From: an uncultured delta proteobacterium
GTDB taxonomy: Bacteria; Desulfobacterota; Desulfobacteria; Desulfobacterales; UBA2156
NCBI GenBank assembly: GCA_963736855.1
Contig: CAVTQK010000015.1
Location: 704,001-768,000 of the forward strand
Direction of reading: 5' to 3'
DNA: 64,000 nt
Part shown: piece by piece, positions 19,557 through 30,460 of the stretch
Layout: every line of letters starts with the position of its first letter
Numbering within the stretch: the first letter of the stretch is position 1
Program-made: the position numbers and the translations under genes
Notes under the pieces: generated by a model
Database searches by the model: none
Told to the model about the DNA's origin: nothing
Seen by the model: the letters and a program-made list of their open reading frames with translations, nothing else

Positions 19557-20801
19557 ATGGTCGTAGAAATCAGAATTCCCAAACTCGGACTCACCATGAC
19601 GGATGCGGTGCTGGTCAAGTGGCTCGTCGGCGCCGGGGAACGCGTGGTCAAGGAGCAGCCTGTTTGTGTTATTGAAACCGACAAGGTGACCCTGGAGTTG
19701 GAAGCCTCGGGAAAAGGCCTGGTTCATCCCATCGTCGAACCCGGTCGGCGTGTGGCTGTGGGAGAAGTGATCGGCTATATTGCAGCCGATGAAACGAAAC
19801 TGGAAGCGCTCCGGGCGCAGCACGCCGCGTCGCCGACCGGCCCCAAGGAAACGCCTGCTCCAAAAAAGGTGAAAAAACTCCGGGCTCCTGCCGCGATTCC
19901 GCGAAAATCGGCAGGCCATGGGCGAATCCTCGCTTCACCGGCAGCCAGGAAATTGAGCACGACGCTCGGCGTCGAATTGAAGGGCATTCCCGGCAGCGGT
20001 CCCGGCGGGCGGATCATTTTATCGGATGTGCAACGATTCGCCGATACCATCCGTAGCACGCCATTTACCGGCGGGTATGATATCGGGACCGGAGCGCCGG
20101 AAACCGAACTCCTTACTGTGGCCGAAACGATCACCATCCGCGGGATTCGTAAAATCATCTCACGGAACATGACGCTGAGCCTCAGCCGCCAGGCCCAGTT
20201 GACCTTGCACACCGAAGCGTCGGCTGCGGCGTTGCGCGATACGCGAACTCTGTTCAACGCCCGCCTGGAAGAGGGACAATCCCCTGTCTCGTATAATGCG
20301 ATCATCGTCAAGGCAGCCGCCCAGGCCCTGCGCCGATATCCCATGATCAATGCCATAGTGGACGGACGGGACATCAGGATTTGGAAGCAGATCCACATCG
20401 GGGTGGCCATGGATTTCGGAAAGGGCCTGATCGTGCCCAAGATCCGCTATGCCGACACCAAGTCGATCCAAACCATCTCAGGGGAGCTGGAGAATCTGGC
20501 CGCCAGGGCGGAAAAACAGCACCTGGTTCCGGACGAGCTTTGGGGAGGCACATTTACCATCACCAATCTGGGAAATTGGGATATCGACCATTTTACGCCG
20601 GTCAACAACTTTCCGGAAAGTGCAATTCTCGGCGTGGGCCGAATTGTGGAAAAGCCATGGGTTCGAGATGGTAAAGTCGTGGCCGAACCGCGCATTTCAT
20701 TGAGCCTGACCTTCGACCACCGGATCATCAACGGCGCACTGGCGGCCGAATTTCTAAAATCCATCAAGGACAGACTTGAAGACACGCGGTTGATTCTCTA
20801 G
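19557..20801 (+). CDS. Dihydrolipoamide acyltransferase E2
   Basis: Lipoyl motif ETDKV, subunit-binding ASPAARKL...GSGPGGRI, GGTFTITNLG and FDHRIING. Confidence 0.93.
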   Translation: MVVEIRIPKLGLTMTDAVLVKWLVGAGERVVKEQPVCVIETDKVTLELEASGKGLVHPIVEPGRRVAVGEVIGYIAADETKLEALRAQHAASPTGPKETPAPKKVKKLRAPAAIPRKSAGHGRILASPAARKLSTTLGVELKGIPGSGPGGRIILSDVQRFADTIRSTPFTGGYDIGTGAPETELLTVAETITIRGIRKIISRNMTLSLSRQAQLTLHTEASAAALRDTRTLFNARLEEGQSPVSYNAIIVKAAAQALRRYPMINAIVDGRDIRIWKQIHIGVAMDFGKGLIVPKIRYADTKSIQTISGELENLAARAEKQHLVPDELWGGTFTITNLGNWDIDHFTPVNNFPESAILGVGRIVEKPWVRDGKVVAEPRISLSLTFDHRIINGALAAEFLKSIKDRLEDTRLIL

Positions 20802-20887
20802 CAAAGGGGACATGCGATGTTACCGGAATAGTAGCCTTGATCGGATGGGGATTGCAAAGCATCCATAGAAAGTGGGGAGCGATAGAC

Positions 20888-21220
20888 ATGACTGAGCAGC
20901 GACATATTGAAATTTCGGAATTGTTCAAACAGCTGCAGGACGATTTGCCCGAAGAGTTAGAGGCTTTTAAGGGGCTGAGCCGGGTTTTGGAACGCGACGG
21001 CGCCATTGACCGGAAAACCAAGGATCTGATCCTGATTGCCCTGGCGTGTTCCACACGGTGCGAAAAATGCATCGCCGTGCACATCCGCAATGCCGTCATG
21101 AATGGGGCAAACAAAAAGGAGATTCTGGAGGCGGCCATGCTGAATGTTCTTTACAACGGCGGCACTAGCATCATGGATATGCATGTCGTTTACCAGGAGC
21201 TGTTCAATCATTTTGATTGA
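20888..21220 (+). CDS. Carboxymuconolactone decarboxylase / AhpD-like CxxC protein
   Basis: GAIDRKTKDLILIALACSTRCEKCIAVH...GANKKEILEA. Confidence 0.88.
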   Translation: MTEQRHIEISELFKQLQDDLPEELEAFKGLSRVLERDGAIDRKTKDLILIALACSTRCEKCIAVHIRNAVMNGANKKEILEAAMLNVLYNGGTSIMDMHVVYQELFNHFD

Positions 21221-21327
21221 TGGCACAGAGCTTGCCTCGGCGCAAGCGCCTCAAACAGCTTGAAATTATTAACGCTCAGCCGTTCGCATCTCTTTTTCCG
21301 AAAATGCTCAAATCTCGCTTGCAAAAG

Positions 21328-21509
21328 CTTTTTACGAAGCCATCAAATTTGATGAACTCGTAAAAAGTCGAAAATCAGATGGCAAAGTAAAAAGTTCAAG
21401 TTCAAGGCGTCGCGAATCCCGTGTGATGAGGCGTACTTATCGTACGTCGAAATTGCAACGGGATGAAGCGCAACGCAGAAATTGGACTTTTTACGAAGCC
21501 ATTAAATTT
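21328..21509. repeat. MITE-like element with terminal inverted repeats, preceded by the end of a related copy
   Basis: Perfect 12-bp TIR tcgtaaaaagtc (21358) / gactttttacga (21485), extending imperfectly to aaattt. A 23-bp direct repeat ctttttacgaagccatYaaattt occurs at 21328 and 21487. Confidence 0.75.
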
Positions 21510-21518
21510 TGCTTCGTA

Positions 21519-22170
21519 TCAATACGGCGAATAGACCTTAAGGTTATCAAAATGGACTTCCACAGGATTTTCTTCATAGGAGATCGCGATCAGAGCGATG
21601 TCCCCGTCAAGTAAACGATAATCCTTTACGCCGCCCATAAAAATGCCGTTGATCCAAAAATTTAAAGAAACGCCATTGGCGACCACTCTGCAAGACGTTG
21701 GTGTCATTTCCCTGACGGATGACGGGAGAATAGGTCCAGAAGATCAGGGCTTCGATTTTCCGATCCGCAATCTTTAAAATGCTCCAGTACCCATCTCCAC
21801 TAATCAGAAATGCATACGCACTGAAAGGTTTTTCCCACTCCGTATATCGGCAAAGCACGCCGTAAGCATTATTGTTGTTTGCCGGTGACTCCACCTGGGT
21901 CGTCGTCACCTCCAGATCGAGGTCACCCAGAGTAATTTTCGGATTGCCGAATATCATGGCCGGCCACGGCTTGTTGGTTCGAACGGCATATTTCCCGTCG
22001 ATGTACTCCAATTTGCCGATTTCTTCGTCTTCACCTCTCGGCCACCCCGACTCCGGATCTGAAAAGTCATCCTCGTAGAGCAGGGTGTTGCAACGGACAA
22101 ATTGGGGTGTTGCCAAAAAGCATAAACAAAACACCATGATCCATGCTGAAAAACGGCCCATCTTCTTCAT
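21519..22170 (-). CDS. Secreted beta-sandwich (ConA/DUF1080-like) protein, frameshifted
   Basis: Signal peptide; LLYEDDFSDPESGW...YAFLISGDGYWSI...; C-terminus GDIALIA...VHFDNLKV lies in the second frame. Confidence 0.65.
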
Positions 22171-22387
22171 ATCATCCTTCTTTGGAAATAGAAAAATTCT
22201 TATATCAAATAAATACCTTTTTGGTATGATAAAATTTTTTATTGACAGAGATTATTATTCCTCTCTAAAAAAGGTCCTTGAGCGTATTCATACAAGTATC
22301 GACTCTTTGGAGTGATGTCTTATTAAGATCCATCAGTATTCAATTAACCCATTTAAATTCATTTTGCCATAAAAAAGTAACCGATGC

Positions 22388-24156
22388 ATGACAAAAATCC
22401 TGGTAGTAGATGACGATCCGGTCATCGTCATGTTTTTGACTGAGTACTTGACCTCCATGGGCTATGAAGTCATTGGAACAGCATCTGATGCCCAAGAAGC
22501 CATTGAAAAAACCGCGTCCTTGAAACCCGACCTTATCCTCATGGATATCGTTTTAAGCCACAATACCGACGGCATCACAGCAGCCCAACAAATTCTAAAA
22601 CAGAATGATATTCCTATCATTTTCATATCCGGGCACAAAAGCGATGCTTATCTCCAAAAAGTCAAAGCTTGTGGCGCGTCCGGGTTCATCATCAAGCCTA
22701 TTGAACCCTGGCAGCTCAAGGCCTCCATCGAGATTGCCCTTCATAATAACATCTTTGATCAGGAAGTCAAAGAAATCAAATCGCAACTCCAGGAGCAGGT
22801 CAAAGAACAAACAGCTACACTGAAAAAAATCAATCGTGATCTTCAGCAGTCGTTGCTCGAATATAAGCAGATAGAATCGGAGTTGAGAGCCGGTGAAGAG
22901 AAATACCGGAAGCTCCTGGATTGCATGAACGAAGGGTTCGTTCTCACTGATATCGAAGGGACGATTTCCTACGTCAACAAAAAGTTTCTGGACTTGTTAG
23001 GCTATGAGGAAGGAGAAGTTGTCAGCCATTTCCTAACCGAATTTACCGATGATGAGGGTAAAAAAATCATTCCGAAGCAGAGAGCCTTGCGCGAAAAGAG
23101 AATATTTGATCCCTATGAAGTCATGTTCATACGGAAGGACGGAAGGCCTGTTTATACCCTCATATCCCCGCAAGTGTTTACCGATGAGAAGGGGCGCATA
23201 AAAGGGCGGTTTGGAACGGTTACTGACATCTCGTCCTTGAAACACATTCAGGCAGCCTATCGCCGGGATGAAGCCCACCTTCGCTCTCTGATGGATACCG
23301 CCTCACATTTTGCTATTTTTCGACTGATCGCCGAGCCGACCCAGACCCTGGGATTTCGGGTCGTCTTCGCAAGCCCGTCTATTTCCGAGATCATGGGCAT
23401 TGCCGAACCGATGGATTTCTCCACATGGTTTATCAATATTCATCCCGAGGAAAAATCCGGATGGTTTGAGATGATCAGAGAGTCCCTCGTCGCCCGGGAT
23501 TTCAACCAAACTCTGCGACTATATTTTCCTCAAAATAAAGTGCCGCGATGGGTTCAGATGTTTTCTCAGAGCGTGGTAGATCCGAAATCAATACCACCTA
23601 TGTCAACGGCATATTCATCGATGTCAGCAGGCTGAAAATCGCGGAAAAGGAATTATCGATAAAGACCGCACACCTCGAAGAGCTCAACACCGCCATGAAA
23701 GTCCTTCTTCAACGCAGGGACGAAGACAAGAAAGCCATGGAGGATCGAATTCTCCAAAACGTCAAAATCGGAATCCTGCCACACATCGAAAGACTCCAAC
23801 GCTCCTCCATGCAAGCTCAACTTCAGGATCATGTGGAAGCCATCAAGACTCAAGTGATGAATGTGGTTTCACCATTTATTCATGAACTCTCATCCCAATA
23901 CCTGGATCTCACGCCGACGGAAATTCAGATCTCCCAGCATATCAAGGAAGGAAAATCTTCCAAGGAGATTGCCGAACTGATGAGCATCGCCAAGTGCACC
24001 GTGGATACCCACAGAAACAACATCCGGAAAAAACTCAACATCCAAAATAGGAAGGAAAACCTCAGATCCCGCCTGATGGCACTCAAAGACCGCCGCGACT
24101 TTGAGGGTATTTTGCCGCGCCGCCATTTTTCTCCCCGGGATTTTCCGCTCAATTGA
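22388..24156 (+). CDS. Response regulator with REC, PAS domains and C-terminal LuxR HTH (frameshift near 23590)
   Basis: KILVVDDD...DLILMDI...KP; PAS (YVNKKFLDLLGY, RKDG); LTPTEIQISQHIKEGKSSKEIAELMSI...TVDTHRNNIRKKL. Confidence 0.88.
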
Positions 24157-24204
24157 TACGTTTTGGCAAACCGGCAAAAACTACGGAATTGTCGATTGAA
24201 TATA

Positions 24205-25419
24205 CCTATGTGACTGGACCGGGCATGACACCACCGATTTGCGTCCGACCCGTCACGGGCTGCCTCCCGGCGATACTACGGAGATGGGTCATTGCCGTCG
24301 GGATTGATGAGAGCAGCGGAGCCCGAAGTTGGGCCGGAGGGGTTTATTTGGTTTGCGTGTTTTGGTGGGCGTTTCCGGATGCACCGGTGAGGTATTCGGA
24401 CAAGGTCTTTGCGGACTGTTTGTAAATGTCCGGTCGGATAAAATAGCCGGCCGCCAGGATCAGAAAGATCGCTCCGCGAACACCCGCAACTATTTTATTG
24501 TGCAGGTTCTTTTTATCGGTTTTGGCGGTTTGATGTCCGCCAGATGTCGGGGTCCGCTGCTCTTTATGCGGCTTCGGGTCCGCTTTTAAATCCGAGCGGT
24601 TTTGAGATTGTCCCGGAACGGCCAGGCCCGGCCGCGCATTCTTCGATGATGTTGGTATTGATTACTTGCACCCCCCGCACAAAGCCGGTCAGAAGCGCAT
24701 GATCGCACAGCACGTTGATGCGTCGGGGGTATCCCCCGCATACCCTGAAAAGCGCTTCCAACGCCCCTTGGGAAAAAATTTTACGGTTCTTCACACCGGC
24801 GACTCCGATTCGGTATTCCACATATTCCCGGATTTCCGGCCATGAAAGCGGTTTCAGATTGTAGGTGATGGTGATCCGCTGTAAAAGAAACCTTGTTTTT
24901 CGGATCCAGCAGAATGTCGTTAAATTCATTTTGACCGACGAAGAATATATTGAGAATTTTGGTTCCATCCTGCTCGAAGTTGGATAATACGCGAATTTCT
25001 TCAAGCAGTTTGAAGCTCATCCGCTGGGCTTCGTCGATGATGAGCAAGACCTTGCGCCCTTTGGAATGGGCATGCCTTAAAAAATTTTCGAAATAGATCA
25101 GAAACTGGCCTTTGGTGGCGAATGTTTTGTGGATCCGGAAAGAATTGATGATATAGTTGAAAAAATCCATCCGATCCAGCCCGGGATCCGGAATGCTGGC
25201 AGTCAGGACATCTTTTCCCAGGCTTTTGAGCAGCGCATGGATCAGGGTGGTTTTACCGGTGCCGATGTCTCCGGTTAAAAGCAGAAACCCTTTGTTGTCC
25301 AGCACCCCGTATTTAAGCACCGCCAGGGCTTCCTGATGCTTTTCCCCCAGCCACAGGAATTTCGGATCCGAGGAGATGGAAAACGGCTTGGCAGTCAGTT
25401 GGTAGTGGTCGAGATACAT
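24205..25419 (-). CDS. ExeA-type AAA ATPase (PEP-CTERM/XrtA-associated type), several frameshifts; 3' end approximate
   Basis: MYLDHYQLTAKPFSISSDPKFLW, TGDIGTGKTT, LLIIDEAQ and GGYPRRINVLCDHALL. Confidence 0.85.
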
Positions 25420-25570
25420 GGTCAGAAGTCAGAGGGCAGATGCCAGATGTCAGAGGGCAGAAAAAAAGTACGAAGTTCGAAGTGAGAAAAACAGATGTTA
25501 GGTGTCAGGTAGCGGATGTCAGATAAAAGACATTCGATGTGAAACGTTAGAAGTTTGAACTGTGTGAAAT
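25420..25570. repeat. Degenerate 7-bp tandem periodic tract
   Basis: gtcagaa gtcagag ggcagat gccagat gtcagag ggcagaa ... gttcgaa ... gttaggt gtcaggt ... gttagaa gtttgaa. Confidence 0.7.
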
Positions 25571-25768
25571 CGGAGATAGATATCTGCATGTTCCGATAGC
25601 GAATCCAAGCCCGAATATATAAACCGTTTTAGAGTGCGTAACGATTTTTTGAAGCTTATCAATAGATATGCAATACGTCAAGCTACGTCGCTTCATCTCG
25701 GCTGGAAAAAGGCTCTGGACGAAAAATTGTATTAGGGAGAGAATCCGAGCGAGGGTAAGTGTCAGCGT

Positions 25769-26565
25769 CTAGGACGTCGATCCTTCCTGCCTGTTTTTCC
25801 GGAAACGGCCCAAAGCGAGCCCGATCACCCCGGTTCCCAGAAGAATCATTGTGGCCGGTTCAGGGGCGGAAGTGCTGCCGCCGTCGTGTGAATAAGGGGT
25901 TTTGACATACTGAAAATTGCCGTTTTGTCTGATATAGTGATCATAAGCGATGAGATTCACATAGTCATAACCGCTGACATCGATATGAAATATCTTGACC
26001 ATCCCTGAGTGGTATCCTCGAATTCTCCGGGGAAATAGTTGTTCACATCGTATGAAGGCGTGAAATCCCCGATGAAGTACTCGTAGAAATCCGTCGGGAA
26101 TATGCCGCCGCCCGGAAGCGGCGACCCGCCCCCGTCCAACGGAATACCGTAATCGAACGCGTATAAGTCAGGATCGGGATTTAATGCCCCTTCGTAAAGA
26201 TCCCGGTAGGCTGAATATGACAGCCCCCCGGACTCGCTCATGACCAGCGGTTCGGTATCCAATGTGCCATAGTTGCAGTTGTGAATTTTCCCAGGAAATG
26301 GTTATGGATCCGTCCTTGCCTTCTCCCGACCCTTCCGGGACGGCGAAAGCGATTCACGTTCCATAACCTGATTCGCCCCGATCACCCACAAATCGTAACT
26401 GGTACCCGGAACGATCCAGGTTTGAGTACTTTCTTCGTAATAGGCATCAGGACTCCACATTTGCAGCATCGGAACGGCCCAAGCACCACTTGATACCACA
26501 GCCACAAATAAAATCGCGCCGAAAAGCGCCATAAAATGATGTTTCATGACATTATTCTTAAACAT
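25769..26565 (-). CDS. PEP-CTERM sorting-domain protein (choice-of-anchor N-like), frameshifted in three pieces
   Basis: Signal peptide then AVPMLQMWSPDAYY. C-terminus is PYSHDG...APEPATMILLGTGVIGLALGRFRKNR. Confidence 0.88.
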
Positions 26566-26624
26566 ATTTACCTCGATAATATGATTTGACTCGGATGCTT
26601 CCCATATCTCAATCTAAAAATTAA

Positions 26625-26641
26625 AGCAAAAATCATGCTCA
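26625..26641 (-). promoter_or_regulatory. Sigma54-like -24/-12 site upstream of the PEP-CTERM gene
   Basis: TGAGCATGATTTTTGCT versus consensus YTGGCACGRNNNTTGCW (AG instead of GG). TGT...ACA enhancer-like words lie at 26714-26753. Confidence 0.4.
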
Positions 26642-26759
26642 AATGTTTAGAATCTTAAAAATCGTGTAAAATCAAACGATTGTAATCCAGGCTGGCAAAT
26701 ACCAAATGGAAATTGTGAAGTATATGTAAGAGTGTTTATGTACTTTATTTCACACCCGG

Positions 26760-26919
26760 CCCCTTGAACCCTTTCATTTTTTACTTTTTTCCTGCCCTCC
26801 GCCTTCTGTTCCTGCTTTCCCGTTCTTCATTCTTTCTACCATCTTTTCTTAAAACTTCGAACTTTTCAAATTTCCTCATTCCACAACTTCGAACTTGTAA
26901 CTTATAACTTCGAACTTCT
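26760..26919. repeat. Degenerate 7-bp tandem periodic tract
   Basis: ccacaac ttcgaac ttgtaac ttataac ttcgaac directly beside the acyltransferase stop. Confidence 0.7.
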
Positions 26920-27639
26920 TCACGGATGGTACCTCGCCTCCAGACCTTGCAGCAGCATCCGCAGGGTCGTGGGGTAACGCTCCTTCAGAATCAGCTCCAT
27001 CTCCGCTACTTCCCCCATGTAGGGAATCCGGGTGCCGTGGTATTCCACAGGATCTCCGATCTGTTTGAAGTAGATCCCGAAGTTTCTTAACGCATAGTAG
27101 AGCTTCTGCTTGGTGATCATATACATGTGGGTGATGCCGCGTCTTTTGGCTTCGCGGTACATCACCTGGAAAGGCCCAGCACGATGACCGGCCGCTCCCG
27201 GCGGATGATTTTCGGCGGACTCCCGTTATCCGGCAGGATCCCCCCTTCGGAGCGCTTCAGATAGGATTCCACGCCGAAGATTCCGTCTTCCTGCCGCCGC
27301 CGAAAGGTCCGGCTCACCGCCAGTCTGGAAATTTCCGACGTCTGATCCGGGGGAGGAGGCTTATAGCCGTTGAAGTTCAGGTGGGCCGCATGCTCGATGG
27401 GGAAACCTTTTACTGAGTTGAAAATCATCCGGATGGTGCCGATGACCTGGCCGTTTGTGTCGGTGGCTGCAAAATGAATCGAATACGGATCGTACGGATC
27501 TTTTCCATTCCTAAGGATGGTCTTCAGGCTTTTCGAATCCGAACTCATTTACATAGATTTCATACCGAAGGCGATAAAGCTCCTGCAGCAATGCTTCGGA
27601 TTCCACCCGGTCGAATGTAAATCTGCCGTAGGTGATCAT
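26920..27639 (-). CDS. PEP-CTERM/exosortase-associated GNAT acyltransferase (N-acyl amino acid synthase-like), frameshifted
   Basis: ATG at 27639 gives MITYGRF...ELYRLRYEIYVNEFGFE...DPYDPYSIHF...GTIRMI...EISRLAVSRTFRRR...IGDPVEYHGTRIPY. Confidence 0.85.
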
Positions 27640-27765
27640 CGGTCCCCCTCCTTCAACCAAACGCCCTCAGAGCAAACCCCTTGCGCCTGGTTTCCGCTAT
27701 TTTGCTTGCATTTTTCGCCCGTTTATTCTACAAACACAAATAGAAACGCATTATCGGATACTATT

Positions 27766-28584
27766 ATGTTTGCCTCAAAAAGAAAAAAATATCAACATTT
27801 ATTATGCATCGTACTCTTTTTTTTACTCTTCCCCCCCATTGCTGATGCTTCAGATAAACCCAGCCCGGCCGCGGCGGTATCCCTTTCCGGAAAAGATGTC
27901 GCCACGCAGGTCTATTATCGCGAAAACGGGGAAAGCGCTTCGGGCGCCATACAGATGATACTCATCGACGCTGCGGGATCCGAACGGTTACGCGAATTTC
28001 AGTTTTTCCGAAAAGACGCCGGCCCCCTCTCCAAGAACCTCACCCGTTTCACGGAACCCCCGGATATTCGGGGAACCGCTTTCCTTTCCATCGAAAAATC
28101 CGAAGGCGAAACCGAACAATTTCTTTTTTTGCCGTCGCTGCGCCGCACTCGTCGGATCATCGCTTCCCAAAGGGACACCGTTTCGTGAACAGCGACTTTA
28201 CATATGAGGACATGGAGCGGCGCCCGGTGGAAAAATTCGGCCACCAAATCACCGGCGAAACCCAGCGGGACGCCATCACCTGCCAGATCCTGGAAAGCAT
28301 CCCCTGAAAACAAAGCCGACTCGCAGTACGGCCTCATCCAGAGCTTCATCAACAAGACCGATTTCATGCCGATTCAGGTCGATTTTTTCGACATGTCCGG
28401 AAAGCGCGTTAAAATTTATCGCGTCCTTGAAGTTAAAACGATCCAGGGGATTCCCACGGAAACGCAGGTCGCCATGGAAGACCTCGTACAAAAACACAAG
28501 ACTGTTTTGAAAGTCCTGAGCCTTTCTTATAACACCCGCCTCGAAGACGCTTTGTTTACGCAGCACAAAATGGAAAACTGGTAG
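27766..28584 (+). CDS. Outer-membrane lipoprotein-sorting (LolA-like) protein, frameshifted
   Basis: RFTEPPDIRGTAFL...QFLFLPSLRRTRRI...FVNSDFTYED...YNTRLEDALFT. Confidence 0.82.
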
Positions 28585-28591
28585 CAAAATC

Positions 28592-29025
28592 ATGAAAACC
28601 GCGGTTCTGTTCGATTCCGCTTCTAGATGCTTTTCCCTTATGCTGCTCTTTCTCAGGAAAATGAAAGCCCCTTTCGTTTCAGCGGGTTCATCCGGGCTCG
28701 CGGAGACACCGACATCGAAGAAAGCGAGGCGGCCGAGCAGATGCGATCGTTTCGAAACATCGCCCGTCTGCAGGGGAAGTGGCGCCCCGCCGGAGACGAT
28801 TCCATGCACCTGCTCGCCTCGGTGGAGTCGAATTTTTTGTGGTTCGGCCCGGATCCGGAGCACGACGAATATGACTTCGATCTTTTCGAAGGATACCTCT
28901 TTTCACTGCCGCGGCCCCTTTGACATGACTCTGGGAAAGCAGATCGTTCGTTGGGGAAAAAACGACGAGATCAGCCCGTCGATTTTCTCAACTCGCAGGA
29001 TCTTCGCGAGTTTTTTATCTATGAA
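28592..29025 (+). CDS. DUF1302-like outer-membrane barrel, 5' part only (cut at junction)
   Basis: FRFSGF...LFEGYL...TLGKQIVRWGKNDEISP..NSQDLREF; typical neighbour of the LolA-like gene. Confidence 0.6.
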
Positions 29026-30062
29026 TACGCTGCGATCCAGGCAAACTCCCGGATAGGCGGGATCCGGCTCACCGCCAGCGATGCAAACCCCACCGCCGTA
29101 GTCAGCGTCGTTAAAAAACATGGGAGTTCCACCTGTCGGATTACCTCGGCAAGGGCTGCTTCCTTGCTTCCGAAGCGGATGAGCATCCGGCGATCCAGGT
29201 GGGAAAAAATGTGCACCGTATCGCACAAGGCGAGCGCCATTACCAGCGGTATCACCACGATGGTCACGTTGTGAGGGCAACCCCGGTCATCCCCATGAAT
29301 CCCCGGGTCGCCCGCACGCACGCCGAAATATTGATCACCGCAAGCAAGGTGACGAGTCTTCCTGAAGAAAAACCACACCGTCAGCGTAATGAAAAGATAG
29401 GTCACCGGCACAAAGGTCGTCATGTCTTTTTTTAAATATTGGCTTAAGCTTAGATTGGTAACGGTCCAGCCGGCCAGGTGAAACGTTCCGGCCTTTTTTT
29501 CGTATTCGGATAAAATGTTTCGGGTTTTTTCAATGAGGCGCTTACGGTAATCTCCATCCTCGGGCCGGTCGGCCGTTTCCACCACGATGGCCGCCGTCTT
29601 GCCGTCCGGGGAGATCAGGTTTTTCAGATAAAGCGCATTTCCCAGGGCACGGGCTTTAAGTTCGGCAAGGCTTTCTTTGTCTTTCGGGATCTCTTCCAGG
29701 AAACGCCGGACCTCGAAATAGTCCTCGCCTCCCACAATATCTTCCACATTGGCAAGGCTTCTGACTTTTTCCGCTTCTTCAAGTTTTTCCAGGTCCGTGG
29801 TGATATCCCGAAGGAGCCCGAGATTTTCCGCCGTAAAAAGATTGTCCGTTTCAAAGGCGATGACGAAGAACTCGTCGTTTCCGAAGACCCGTTTGAATTC
29901 CTCGTAGAAGGCCGCCGCGGGATCATCTTCTAAGCGGAAGTAATCCACGTTGTCCACGGTGCGCACAAACGGATTGAATTCCGAGAATACAGTCCCGAAC
30001 AGCACGGATAAAACCAGCCACATTCGCGGCCTCCGCGTCACCCCGGAAAGATCCATTTTCAT
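29026..30062 (-). CDS. MMPL/RND-family transporter, N-terminal half only (cut at junction)
   Basis: VDNVDYF...YEEFKRVFGNDEF...LISPDGKTA...PCFLTTLTTAVGFASL...IPPIREF. Confidence 0.82.
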
Positions 30063-30149
30063 CTTCTGCGGTCTCCTCGTTTCAAACCCCTATATCACAT
30101 CCACAAAAACCCCGAAACGACATTTCGTCCGCGGCGGGACTTATCCTCC

Positions 30150-30460
30150 CTTCTCCGCTCTTTCTGCCATCTGCTATTCGAACTTCGAAATGATCACTTC
30201 GAACTCCTTTTCCTGCCCTCTGTCTGCATTTCCTTACCCTGTTTTCGCTATCCTTTCGCCAAACCATCACCAGACACCAGGATACCAGGATGCCTCCCAA
30301 CCATACCGACGACCCGAATTCCGAATCTCTGGCATCTTATTTCTGCCATCTGCCATCTGTCATATGCTCTTCAACTTCGAAATTATCACTTCAAGCTCGG
30401 GACTTCTAAAATGCCTTTTTCCACAACTTATCACTTCGAACTTCGAACTTCGAACTTTCT
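30150..30460. repeat. Degenerate 7-bp tandem periodic tract
   Basis: ttcgaac ttcgaaa ... ctgccat ctgccat ctgtcat ... ttcgaac ttcgaac ttcgaac. Confidence 0.7.

Noticed and set aside
25420..30460. CRISPR array interpretation of the repeat tracts
   Set aside because: Units are 7-bp degenerate tandem repeats with no constant 25-40 bp repeat, no unique spacers and no cas genes.
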